From Rebecca billardiae RCC1528 (lineage: Eukaryota; Protista; Haptophyta): 64,000 nt of DNA. Made by a program: the position numbers and the translations under genes. Location of the stretch: the NCBI GenBank assembly GCA_965240325.2, contig OZ251229.1:186001-250000 (forward strand), read 5' to 3'. Positions 9,928-20,016 of this stretch are shown in pieces (the stretch's first letter is position 1; every line of letters starts with the position of its first letter). Below the pieces are notes generated by a model. It saw nothing but the letters and a program-made list of their open reading frames with translations, had not been told where the DNA came from and did not search any database.

Positions 9928-11610
9928 GGGCGTTGCAGCGCGCGTCCTGCCGGTGTTGTGGCGAGGTCGCCGCGTCGCCGCGGAGCGTGTGAAGGCCCTG
10001 GCCGTGCGTCGCAACTCGCAGCGCGCGAGCGAGCAGCACGACTAGGCTTCAGACGCCTGTCGAGCACACCCCGTGGTCCCCGGCGTTCCGCGACCGGCTC
10101 GGCCCAGTGTAGTGGCCCACTCACAGTGGCCCAGTGTTTGCAGGCAGTGCGTTCCGGGGTGACTTAATCTTATAAAATTTAATATATTTTAATATATATA
10201 TTAAAATAAATAGATAGATAGCCTATACGGGTCGCTGATGAGTAGACAAGGCTGGTTATCTACTTCTAGGCTATCTAGCTTATAGCCGCGACATTATTGC
10301 CGCTCTGCTGTGATGACGAAGTCTGATTATGAATATGACTACTATATATGATGATTATGACGAATAAAGAATTACTGCGCGCACGCGGCGCACGGCGCCC
10401 ACACGGTGACGGTGCCGGTGGCCGGCATCAGGGGCGTCGGCTGCCGGCGGCACTGGTCGCACCCCCGCTCACGCCGCAGTGACCGGAGCGCACCACGGCG
10501 GCTCTCTCGCTCGCCGGGCACGGTCGGGGAGTAGCCGCGTCTGCTGCGCAGACCCGCCACGGCTCGCCCGGGCATCAAGTGGGCGGTCCGCTGTGTCGCC
10601 GCCGCGCGTGACGCACAGCGCCGCTCCACGCACGCAATAAATTCATTCAATCGTGGTGCGCATGCGCGTAGGTTACTCTGTGTCACTGGTCCACACCCAG
10701 CGTGTGAGCCCGTGCTTTGCCACTACGTATGCAGGCTGCCATTGCAGGCGGCACCTGACTGAGTCCTGACACGCTTTCGCGCAGGTGCCGCGCCGGGCAG
10801 TGCCAACCCCTGGCTTCGGACAGGCTCAGCTAGTGGGCAGCCTGGCTCGCTCAATCTCATGCTCCTGCCGCGCGGGGTGCCCAGCTTGCTGCGCTGGGTG
10901 TGTACTGGCGCGCTCGGACGGTACCTCATCTGCCTCACACGCCTTGGTCGGGAGGGCCCGGCCCGCGCCCCGCGGGCCGCGCGGCCACTGTCGTCGCATC
11001 GAGCTCGCCGCCAATAATCGGCTGCACTCGTTTTCAGCTGCTAGCGCGCGCATCACGCGCTACACGCAAGGCTGAACACGTGGCTGTAGGCGGGCATCAC
11101 TCGATCGCCATCAGCCCCGTCACGGACTACCTTCACGAATAGCCCTCGCTTCGGCGCGCCGAGGATAGAGCCGCCGTGCGGTAATGATTAGCGCGCGCGT
11201 AAAAAATGTTAACTGGAGGAACCCCCTTGACTGGAGGGCCATTCTAGATTCGTTTGCAGGCGCGCGCGGCGCGCGCGCCTGAAGTATGCGCGCGCCGCCC
11301 TATTAGGTGTGCCTCTTATATGAAATGGAGCGCAGTAGTGAGTCACTGATGTGTATACCCCCATACTGTACTGTAGACTCGTAAGAAGCGCCGCCGGTTT
11401 GCAGCGCGGTTAATACGCGAACCTTCCCGCCACGCTTTCCTTAATGGCGGCAGTATGATGGATGCTACGATCGATGCTTCTCTCCTTCGGAGATCAAATT
11501 ATAGTAGACGAGTCGTCGCGGCGGCATCGAGCTTTATTGGACCCGCGCGGGCGGTGCGCACGCACCATCGTCTGAACGAAGGCACCCGAAGAGAGGCCCG
11601 CGTGCCCACC

Positions 11611-14600
11611 ATGTCCAGCGTGACGACCGGCTTGCGGCACGCCATGGGTGTCGCGCTCGTGATAAGTCTGCTGGCGTCGGGCGCGGCTGGCATCACTTTT
11701 GAGTCCAGCACCGAGTACACGGAGTGCTTCGGCCACGGGTTTGCGTGCACAAGCATCGATGTGCGTGAGTCGGCGCTGTCGCGTGACCGCGACCGCGCCA
11801 AACGACCAATCGAACCTAAACCTTGGGCTTCCTTGGCTCATGGCGCGCGCGCCGGCGAGCGGCCGTGCCGCGGCAGGCGCGTGACGGCAATCGCATTGCA
11901 ATGAAGAGCGATGACGCCCTCGCCGGCACGGTCGCCTCGCCCACCACATGCGACTCACGACGCGCGCGTCGCACGTGCGCAGGTGAGCACGTCTGATTAC
12001 TCGGGCACGATCCCAACCGACATCGGTTCGCTAGCTGGCCTTACCAGAGTGTACGCGCACGGCGCGGCGCGCGCGGGGCCAGCCAGCCGACCAGCCAGCC
12101 AGCATGCAGCGGCGATTGTACGGGCACCCGCGCAAAACTGCACGTCCACTTTGCGACCACCCAACCGGAGGGAGGATCTGGCCGCAGCCGCCGAGGCTAG
12201 TAGCCTGAGCAGCGCGCGCGCCGTGCGCGTCTGTACGCAGTCGTGCGGTCGCCGGGCAGTAACCAGCTGAGGGAAACGGGGGCGTGCGTCCGCCACCACA
12301 GTCTCAGTTCACCACTCGCCGCGCAGGGATCTGACTGGCAACTCTCTCAATGGCACCCTTCCAAGTGAGATTGGGCTCTTGACGTCTCTGAATCAACTGT
12401 ATGCGCGGCCAGGCCGCCAGGGCCGGCCAGGGGCGGTGGTGCGACATCATCGCCATCGACGCGGGCTCACGGCGTGGTGGCGCACGCCCTGCCGAGCCTG
12501 ACAACCCACTCACGTGCCATGCGCGCGCGCGGCTACTCGCTGCTACTCGCTGCGCAGGGGTCTGCGGGCCAACTCGTTCTCGGGCACCCTTCCAACGGAG
12601 ATCGGCCTCATAACATCTATGGTGTTCATGTACGTACGGCAAGGGCCAGCTAGGGGTGGCTGCGCGGCATTGGCTCACCAGCCACGCGAGCGCCCAGCGT
12701 GGCGCGCACCCCGGCTCACGCGCCATCCGTTGCGCACCGCGCACGCTACTTGCTGCGCAGGTTTGTCTCGGACAACTCGTTCTCTGGCACCCTTCCAACT
12801 GAGATCTTTCTCATAGTTGGGATGATCGGCATGTACGTGCGGCCAGGGCCAGCCAGGGGCGGTGGCGCGACACATTCTCGCCATCGACGCGGGCGCATAG
12901 CGTGATGGGGCACGCCCTGCCGAGCCTGACTGCCCGCTGCTTGTGTGCAATGCGTTCTTTCGCGCACCACTCGCTGCGCAGGCAGCTGCAGACCAACTCG
13001 TTCTCGGGCACCCTTTCAACTGAGATCGGCCTCATGCCGTCTCTGAATCAACTGTATGCGCGGCCATGCCGCCAGGGTCGCCGGCCAGCAGTGGCGGTGG
13101 TGCGACATATGCTCACCAGCCATGCGCGCACAGCGTGGCGCGCACGTCCTGCCAAGCCTGACTGCCCGTCCGCGTGCAATGCGTTTGCAAACAAACCACT
13201 CGCGCTGCGCAGGCTTCTGGACACCAACTCGTTCTCGGGCACCCTTCCAACGGAGATTGGCCTCCTGACATCTATGGTCTCCATGTACGTTCGGCCAGGG
13301 CCAGCCCGGGGTGGCTACGCATCTTTCTCACCAGCCACGCGAGCGCGCACCGCGTGGCGCACTCCCTGCCGAGCCTGACCACCAGCTCGCGTGCAATGCG
13401 TGTGCACGCGACTCGCTGCACAGGGGTGCGTCCGACACCTCGTTCAATGGCACCCTTCCAACGGAGATCGGCTTCATGACGACTCTGCAGGTTTTGTACG
13501 CGCCTGCCGAGGGTGGTGGTGCTACATTCTAGCCAGCCACGCCTGTGCACAGCGCGACGGCGCAAGGCCTGCCGAGCCTGATGCCCGCCCGCTCGTGCGA
13601 ACTGCGCGCGCGCGCGCAACTCGCTGCGCAGCACCGCGAACGGCGTGAATACCGTCTCGTACTCGGGCACACTTCCAACTGAGATCGGCCTCTTGACTGC
13701 TCTGCGCCAATTGTACGCGCCGGCCAGGGCCGGTGGCGCGTGTGCGTGACATTCTCAGAAGCCAAACTGGTGGCGCACCGCTCTGTGAACAGCCCTGCTG
13801 AGTCTGACCGCCCGCTCGTGTGCTATTTGTGTTTGTGTGCGTTACTCGCTGCGCAGCGCTTTGAATTCCGCCTCGTACTCGGGCACCCTTCCAACGGAGA
13901 TCGGCCTCATGACTGCTATGGTGTACATGTACGTACTGCCAGCAGGGCCAGCCCGGGCTGGGCCATGGCCCAGGGGTGGCCGCTCGACCTTTTCGCCAGC
14001 CACGCAGGCTAGCCCACTGGTGCTTGCCCTGCCGAGCCTGACCGCCCTCTCGTGTGCTGTGCGCTTGTGCTCGCCACTCGCTGAGCAGGTTAGTGTCCTC
14101 GAACTCATTCTCTGGCACCCTCCCAACTGAGATCGGACTCATGACGGCTCTATCCTACATGTACGCGCTGCCGGGGGGGGGGGGGGGGGGTGTAGTGGGC
14201 ATTTTCGCCATCGCCCCGAGCGCAAACAGCACTGCCCACACCCTGCCAAGCCTGACCCCCTGCTCGCATGCAATGCGTTCACACGCCACTCCCTGCGCAG
14301 TAATGCATTCGAAACCAAGATCAACGGCACCCTTCCAACTGAGATCGGCCTCAATACGGCTCTGTTTTCTATGTACGCGCGGCCGGGGGCGGTGGCGTCG
14401 TGGCATTTTCTCGCCAGCAGCCATGCGAGTGCACTGCTGCGCACAGCGCGGTGGTGCGCTGCCTGCCAAGCCTGATCGCCCGCTCATGCGTGCAACTCGC
14501 TACTGCGCAGCAATCTGTATACCGCCTCGTACTATGGCACCCTTCCAACGGAGATCGGCCTCTTGACGACTCTGTACGAAATGTACGCGCCTGCCATGGC

Positions 14601-16208
14601 CAGTGGCGGTGCGTGACATTCTCAGCAGCCAGGCGGGTGGCGCACAGCGTGGCGCACGCCCTGCCGAGCAGACTGCCCACTCTGTGCTATGCGTTTGCGC
14701 ACGCTACTCGCTGCGCAGCAATTTGAAGACCAACTCGTTCTCTGGCACCCTTCCAACTGAGGTTGGCCTCATGACGGCGCTGCAGCTCATGTGAGTGATG
14801 CTCTGCGGGCCACCTGGGGTGGTGGTGCGACGTACTTGAGCCAGCCACGCGAGCGTCACACAGCGCGGCGCATGCCCTGCCGAGCCTGACCGCCCGCTCG
14901 TGGGCTCCGCGTTCGCGCACACTTCTCGCTGCGCAGAGATTGGAACACCAACTCGTTCTCGGGCACCCTTCCAACAGAGATAGGCCTCCTGACATCTACA
15001 ATTGCCATGTACGTAAGGCCAGGGCGTGCCAACCAAAGGGGTGGCTGGCTGGCTGCGCGCGACATTCTCACGAGCCACTCGAGCACACAGCGCGGCGGCA
15101 CACACCCTGCCGAGCCTGACCGTCCGCTCGCGTGCAATGCACACCACTCTCTGCGCAGGCAGCTGCAGACCAACTCGTTCTTGGGCACCCTTCCAACGGA
15201 GATCGGCCTCCTGACAGCTCTGGCAGCCATGTACGTACGGCCAGGAGTGGTGGCGCTCGCGCATTGCGCCGGTCCTCGCGTGCCCCGTGCTGTCCGACGC
15301 AGCGCCACGCTTGCTATGCCCGCCGCTGACGCCGCTGCGTGTACGGCGGTGCCCTGTCCCCCTCACTGCGCATCGGTGCCATCGACACTCGCAGGCTTCT
15401 TGACGCCACGCAGGTGTGGCACCCTGGCGGCGCGCACGGCTATTCTTTCGTGTTCCCGGCGACACTCGCATTGGCACCGCCTCCCTCGCCGCCGCCCTCG
15501 CCGCCGCCCTCGCCCCCACCATCGCCATCATCTATGCCACCGCCCTCGCCGCCGCCCTCACCGCCACCATCGCCACCATCTACGCCACCGCCCTCGCCGC
15601 CGCCCTCACCGCCGCCCTTGCCGCAGTCGCTGACGCCTCCACAGAGTCCGCCGCCGCCGCCACCGTCACCGCCGCCGCCTCCACCGTCACCGCCGCCGCC
15701 TCAAAAAGTGTGCAGGGCCTTGTGCTTCTACTCGGTGCGCACTGCGCACCTGGCGGCGCGGGCGCGAACGCCCAGGCGCCGTCCAGCACACCGTGAGCGT
15801 GCGATGGCGCTCACTCCGGCGCGCTGCGCGCCACCGCAGCTCCGCTCGCACTGACAAGCCCTGCTGCCGGCCACCGCGCGCTGCCGGCCCCGCGCGCTGC
15901 GTCTGCAGATCGTCGCATCCGCAGCAAGGTTCCTGATCAAGTCCAGCAGCATGCAGGGCCGTGCCCTCGCCTCGCTGTCAGAAAGCGACCTCCAAGACGG
16001 CCCTGAGCTCTCGGCTGGCACTCAGTCGTCGTCTTGGGTTAGCGCCCCAGCCGCATTGTCTGCCGAGCAGTCCATCAAGGCACTCCCAGCTGCGATGACC
16101 ATTGCTGCTACTGCCGGGTTCGCGCTTGTGGTGCTGTCGGCGGCGGCCTCGGCGCTGGTCGTGACACGCGCCTCTCGCCGTCGGTGTGGGAGCAGCAGCG
16201 TGGCGTAG
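11611..16208 (+). CDS. LRR receptor-like surface protein: signal peptide, ~15 plant-type 24-aa LRRs, SP3-5 proline-rich stalk, C-terminal TM. Exons 11611-11760, 11983-12050, 12327-12398, 12558-12629, 12761-12832, 12982-13053, 13213-13284, 13424-13495, 13632-13712, 13857-13928, 14089-14160, 14301-14372, 14511-14582, 14719-14790, 14937-15008, 15159-15230, 15395-15707, 15909-16208
   Basis: Each exon is bounded by (T)GCGCAG-like acceptors and GTAYG/GTGAG donors and encodes xLxxNSFSGTLPTEIGLLTxLxx. The spliced frame is open throughout. N-terminal hydrophobic MGVALVISLLASGAAG, then PPPSPPPS repeats, then TM AATAGFALVVLSAAASALVV followed by RASRRR. Confidence 0.88.
12301..15300 (+). repeat. Tandem array of ~200-230-bp exon+intron units
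   Basis: Recurrent GGCACCCTTCCAACxGAGATCGGCCTC in the exons and GCCCTGCCGAGCCTGAC...ACTCGCTGCGCAG in the introns. Confidence 0.95.
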
Positions 16209-16612
16209 CTGCTTTGGCACGTCGTCATCGACGGCGCCTTCGCCAGTCGGCCGACGCCGAGCGCTGCTCGCTGACATTGGCAGGCGCCTTCAAGCTGTGA
16301 TCGATGATACAATAAGTTTGACGCGCCGCCTTCAAGTTCATCTGCTTCGTCCTCCGAGCACAACCCGCCCACAGCCACAGGGCCACATCCGCGCACAACC
16401 CGCCCACAGAGCCACTGCCCAACATGGCTCGCGTGTGCATCTTCAACAGTCTCGTGCAGTACCGTACCGCGTACGACATGACCATCATGATATAAGCATG
16501 CGCCAACTGAGTCTCGGATCTATTTCTTGCCTGCTTGCGCTGGCAATAATCATATCGTCCGGCCCGTTCATGGCCTTGCCCGCGGGCGGGCAGTGAACTG
16601 CATGCGCACGAC

Positions 16613-16665
16613 TACAATTTACTAAGAATAAGAGACGCGTCACACAGCTCAGTCAGCAGGCGAGA
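16613..16665 (+). mobile_element. Degenerate solo copy of the Tc1/mariner-like TIR
   Basis: TACAATTTACTAAGAATAAGAGACGCGTCACACAGCTCAGTCAGCAGGCGAGA compared with the TIR at 34652: one substitution plus short insertions. Confidence 0.75.
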
Positions 16666-16679
16666 CATGGTCCGTCGAA

Positions 16680-16875
16680 TCTGCATATATATATTAATAT
16701 ATATATAATACTAATATATTATACGGTGGCCGTATATATATAGCATATCATAGAATCAGTCGTTAATAATAATATAGTCTATATATATATATATATATAC
16801 TATAGCTTCCCGTTACCAAATAATTATATATTATTAATATATATTATTAATCGCCGGTAATTTTTGATAACTGAA
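16680..16875. repeat. AT-rich island with (TA)n tracts
   Basis: Abrupt switch to very AT-rich sequence, with a TATATATA run at about 16779-16799. Confidence 0.85.
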
Positions 16876-17384
16876 GACGATGATGACGACGAACGACTTT
16901 AAGTCTAAGACAAGAGTAAGACAGCTGCCGCCGCAGACTAATTCTATGTATATGATGATTTACGAGGGCGCAGCTCTCCTCAGATTCGTCTGTCGAAGTA
17001 CTGACTCCGGAGTCGTCGGAGCGCGTTGGCCGCGGGTGCTAAGGGAGTCGTCGTCGCCGATGCTGATCACACAGAGGTAGTAGGGGCCAGAGGGATGCCG
17101 CTGTATTTATTGCAGTCGTCGCCGGCCTTGGTCTAGTACTCATCGAATATATCGACTCGTTTTATTCATTATTGGCCCCCTGGCAGTGGCCTGCCCATCA
17201 GCAGGCAGTCACGGCGCCACGACCGATCGCGCGAGCTGTGCCGTGCGAGCAAGACACGACAGGTAGTTATTACGACTGTCACGGTACGCGGTAGAGTAGC
17301 GTTTGGAGACCGAGTCGTGCCAGACTTTACAGTAGACTTGCCGCGCTGCTGCTGCGGCGAGTGCCGCGAGTGCTCCGGTGGCGG

Positions 17385-18116
17385 GACGCGCACGGGGCAC
17401 GGCGCTGCGGGCGTGGATGTGCCCACAGAGCCGCCGCGTGCGGACGGGCTGCGGCGGGAGAGCACCAGGCACCCTCCTGCACCGCGCGTCGTGCGCGACG
17501 CCTCTTTCGCCTCGGCTCAGGGCAGCGCGCACGCGCGCGCACCGCCTCAAGGCCAGCCCGTTGCCGCGCCGCAGCCGACCGCGCGCGCGGCGCCGTGCGC
17601 GGCGTGGTCGGGAAGGAACGGGCGCTGCTGCCGGGCGAGATGGTGATAGCAGATGCGCAGGTCATCCGATGAACATTCATGCACGAGTAGCTCGCGCGCC
17701 CGTCTGGCACTGTTATGTGGCTCTGTGATCGTCCCGACAGGCGACAAAGGTCTCCCCATGCACACCATTCGTGAGAAGTCGAAAGAGGCATGCAAACGGG
17801 TCGACGACAAGCTCGTCAAGGCGTCGTGGGGCGGCATTGCCTGCGCATCTGCTATCACCATCTCGCTCGGCAGCAGCGCCCGTTCCTTCACGACCACGCC
17901 GCGCACGGCGCCGCGCGCGCGGTCGGCTGCGGCGCGGCAACGGGCTGGCCTTGAGGCGGTGCGCGCGCGTGCGCGCTGCCCTGAGCCGAGGCGAAAGAGG
18001 CATGGCGCAAGACGCACGGCGCAGGAGGGCGCCTGGTGCTCTCCCGCCGCAGCCCGTCCGCACGCGCCGGCTCCGCGGGCACATCCGCGCCCGCAGCGCC
18101 GTGCCCCGTGCGCGTC
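17385..18116. repeat. Long inverted repeat: arms 17385-17661 and 17840-18116 (277 bp each), 178-bp spacer
   Basis: The right arm is the reverse complement of the left arm with scattered substitutions, e.g. ATGGTGATAGCAGATGCGCAGG / CCTGCGCATCTGCTATCACCAT. Confidence 0.92.
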
Positions 18117-18242
18117 GGAGCATCGCCGGCCGCCGCCCGCCCCGCGGCTGGGGGCCGGCCCGGGGCGGTGGCCCGAAAACTTTCAACTTGGGCCGGACTG
18201 GTTCCCTTCCGGCTTGCCCGCGGGCCGCGCTCGTGCATCAGA

Positions 18243-19628
18243 ATGGCAGCGTCCCCGCAGCTCGCGCTCCACGGGCTGCGCGCGAGCCTCGCGTCGGCGC
18301 CGCGGCACGGCCGGTGGGGCGCGTGCGCGGATGGCGCTCTCGTCGTGAGCGTCGCCTCGGCGACCGACCTGTACGTCTGGTCCGCCGCCAACGCCGCGGC
18401 GGGCGCGGAGATTGTGGACGTGGTGGCGGGCGGGCAGCCGATGGCGGGCGCGCCGCTGCCCGCGGAGATCTGCGACGTGGTGTGCTTCACGGTGCCCGCG
18501 CTCGCCTCGCGCGCGGCGTTCGCGTGCATCTGCGTCGGCTTCGACACGGGCGAGCTCCGCGTGCTCCGCGCCGACGGCGCCTTCCTCTTTGCGACGCGCG
18601 CGCACGGCAGCCGGATCGTGCGCCTGCGCACGCACGCGAGCGCGGAGGGCGGCGGGCAGCTGACGGTGCTGCACGAGGGGGCGGTGGTGTGCGTGGACGG
18701 CACGTCACTGCACGGCGTGCTGCACACGTGCGCGCGCGAGGCCGCCGCCGCCGCCGCGAGCTGGGGCCCCGCGTCGACGATGCCGGCGGTCGAGCTGCGG
18801 CGCTGGGCGTGTCCGCACAGCGCGGGCGAGCACGGGCTGGGCGGCCTCGTCGACGTGGCGTGCTGCGGCGCGCCGCCCGCGTCGCCGTTCGAGGGCGTGT
18901 CCTCGCTGGACGACTCGCTCTGCCTCGTCCTCGCCGGCGCCGGCGGCAGCGCCTGCCTCCTCACCGCGCTCGCGCCGGACGACAGCGCCGCCGCCTTCTC
19001 CGCCGCCTCACTCGCGCTCAACGCGGCGAGCGCGTTGTTCAGCGCGGCGCGCGGGCTGCTGTGGGGCGGCGGCGGGCGGGAGGCGGGCGGCGCGGCGGCG
19101 GCGGAGGAGGAGCAGCGGCGGCAGCGCGAGGCCGCGCTCATCGCGCCGCCCGCCGTCGCGCTCGCGCCCGTGCGCGCGCTCGCCGACCCGCCGCGCGGCG
19201 TGCGCGCGCTCGCGCTCTCCGCGCGCGGCCGGTGGGCGGCGGCCGCAGACTCGCTGGGGCGCGTGCTGCTGCTCGAGGTGCCGTCGCTGATCGTGCGGCG
19301 GATGTGGCGCGGGTACCGCGAGGCGCAGTGCGCGTGGGTCGACGCGGCCGGCGCGGACGGCGCGGGGCGCGCCGAGCTGCTCGTCATCTACGCGCCGCGC
19401 AGGGGCCGGCTCGAGGCGTGGCGGCCGCTGCCGGGCGCGCCGCGCGTCGGCGCGTGCGCGGTCGGCTCGGACGGCCACCTGCTCGGAGGCGCGCACGGGC
19501 TGGGGCGCGGGGTCGGCGCGGCGCCGTGCTGCATCTTCCTCAGCGCCGACGGCGTGCTCTCCGAGGTCCGCGTCGCGCCGCTGCAGCCCGCGCACTCTCA
19601 CCCGCCGACGCAGCCTCAGACTGAGTGA
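18243..19628 (+). CDS. RAB3GAP2: Rab3 GTPase-activating protein non-catalytic subunit, N-terminal-domain protein
   Basis: LADPPRGVRALALSARGRWAAAADSLGRVLLL...RMWRGYREAQCAWV...LVIYAPRRGRLEAW is the RAB3GAP2_N signature. Confidence 0.85.
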   Translation: MAASPQLALHGLRASLASAPRHGRWGACADGALVVSVASATDLYVWSAANAAAGAEIVDVVAGGQPMAGAPLPAEICDVVCFTVPALASRAAFACICVGFDTGELRVLRADGAFLFATRAHGSRIVRLRTHASAEGGGQLTVLHEGAVVCVDGTSLHGVLHTCAREAAAAAASWGPASTMPAVELRRWACPHSAGEHGLGGLVDVACCGAPPASPFEGVSSLDDSLCLVLAGAGGSACLLTALAPDDSAAAFSAASLALNAASALFSAARGLLWGGGGREAGGAAAAEEEQRRQREAALIAPPAVALAPVRALADPPRGVRALALSARGRWAAAADSLGRVLLLEVPSLIVRRMWRGYREAQCAWVDAAGADGAGRAELLVIYAPRRGRLEAWRPLPGAPRVGACAVGSDGHLLGGAHGLGRGVGAAPCCIFLSADGVLSEVRVAPLQPAHSHPPTQPQTE

Positions 19629-20016
19629 GCTCTCCGCCGTCCCTGTGGGGCCGTGCCTGTCTGTGAGTCTGTCGTCCCAGCGCCGGAGCGCGGGCTGCGG
19701 GGGATGGCTGACGTGCGTGGCAGCGCCAGGCGGCAGGGCGCTGCGCCGACGTTGAATTCGCGTGCGAGTTCACACAGGCGCGGATTCCATCCATATTCCA
19801 TGTTGGCCGGCCGCCGCTTCTAGCTTACACATGACACTTCGCGTGGCCCGGCTTGGTCGTCAGTTGATTGACGACGTCTGTGACGATCTCGTGATCGGTC
19901 GTTGGCGCACTTGTCCGGTGCAGACTGGTCACTGGTGAGCAGCGTGCATCAACAACCATCCTGCAAACGGGACTGATGACATCTTCTTTTTCCGTTGGTC
20001 CCATGATGGCAGACCC

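Noticed and set aside
11257-11281. 11-bp-stem hairpin upstream of the LRR gene
   Set aside because: It is mostly (GC)n, which is self-complementary by chance in this genome.
12301-15300. CRISPR-like reading of the regularly spaced GGCACCCTTCCAACxGAGAT repeat
   Set aside because: The repeats are LRR-coding exon cores and the spacers are mutually homologous spliceosomal introns. There are no cas genes and the context is eukaryotic.
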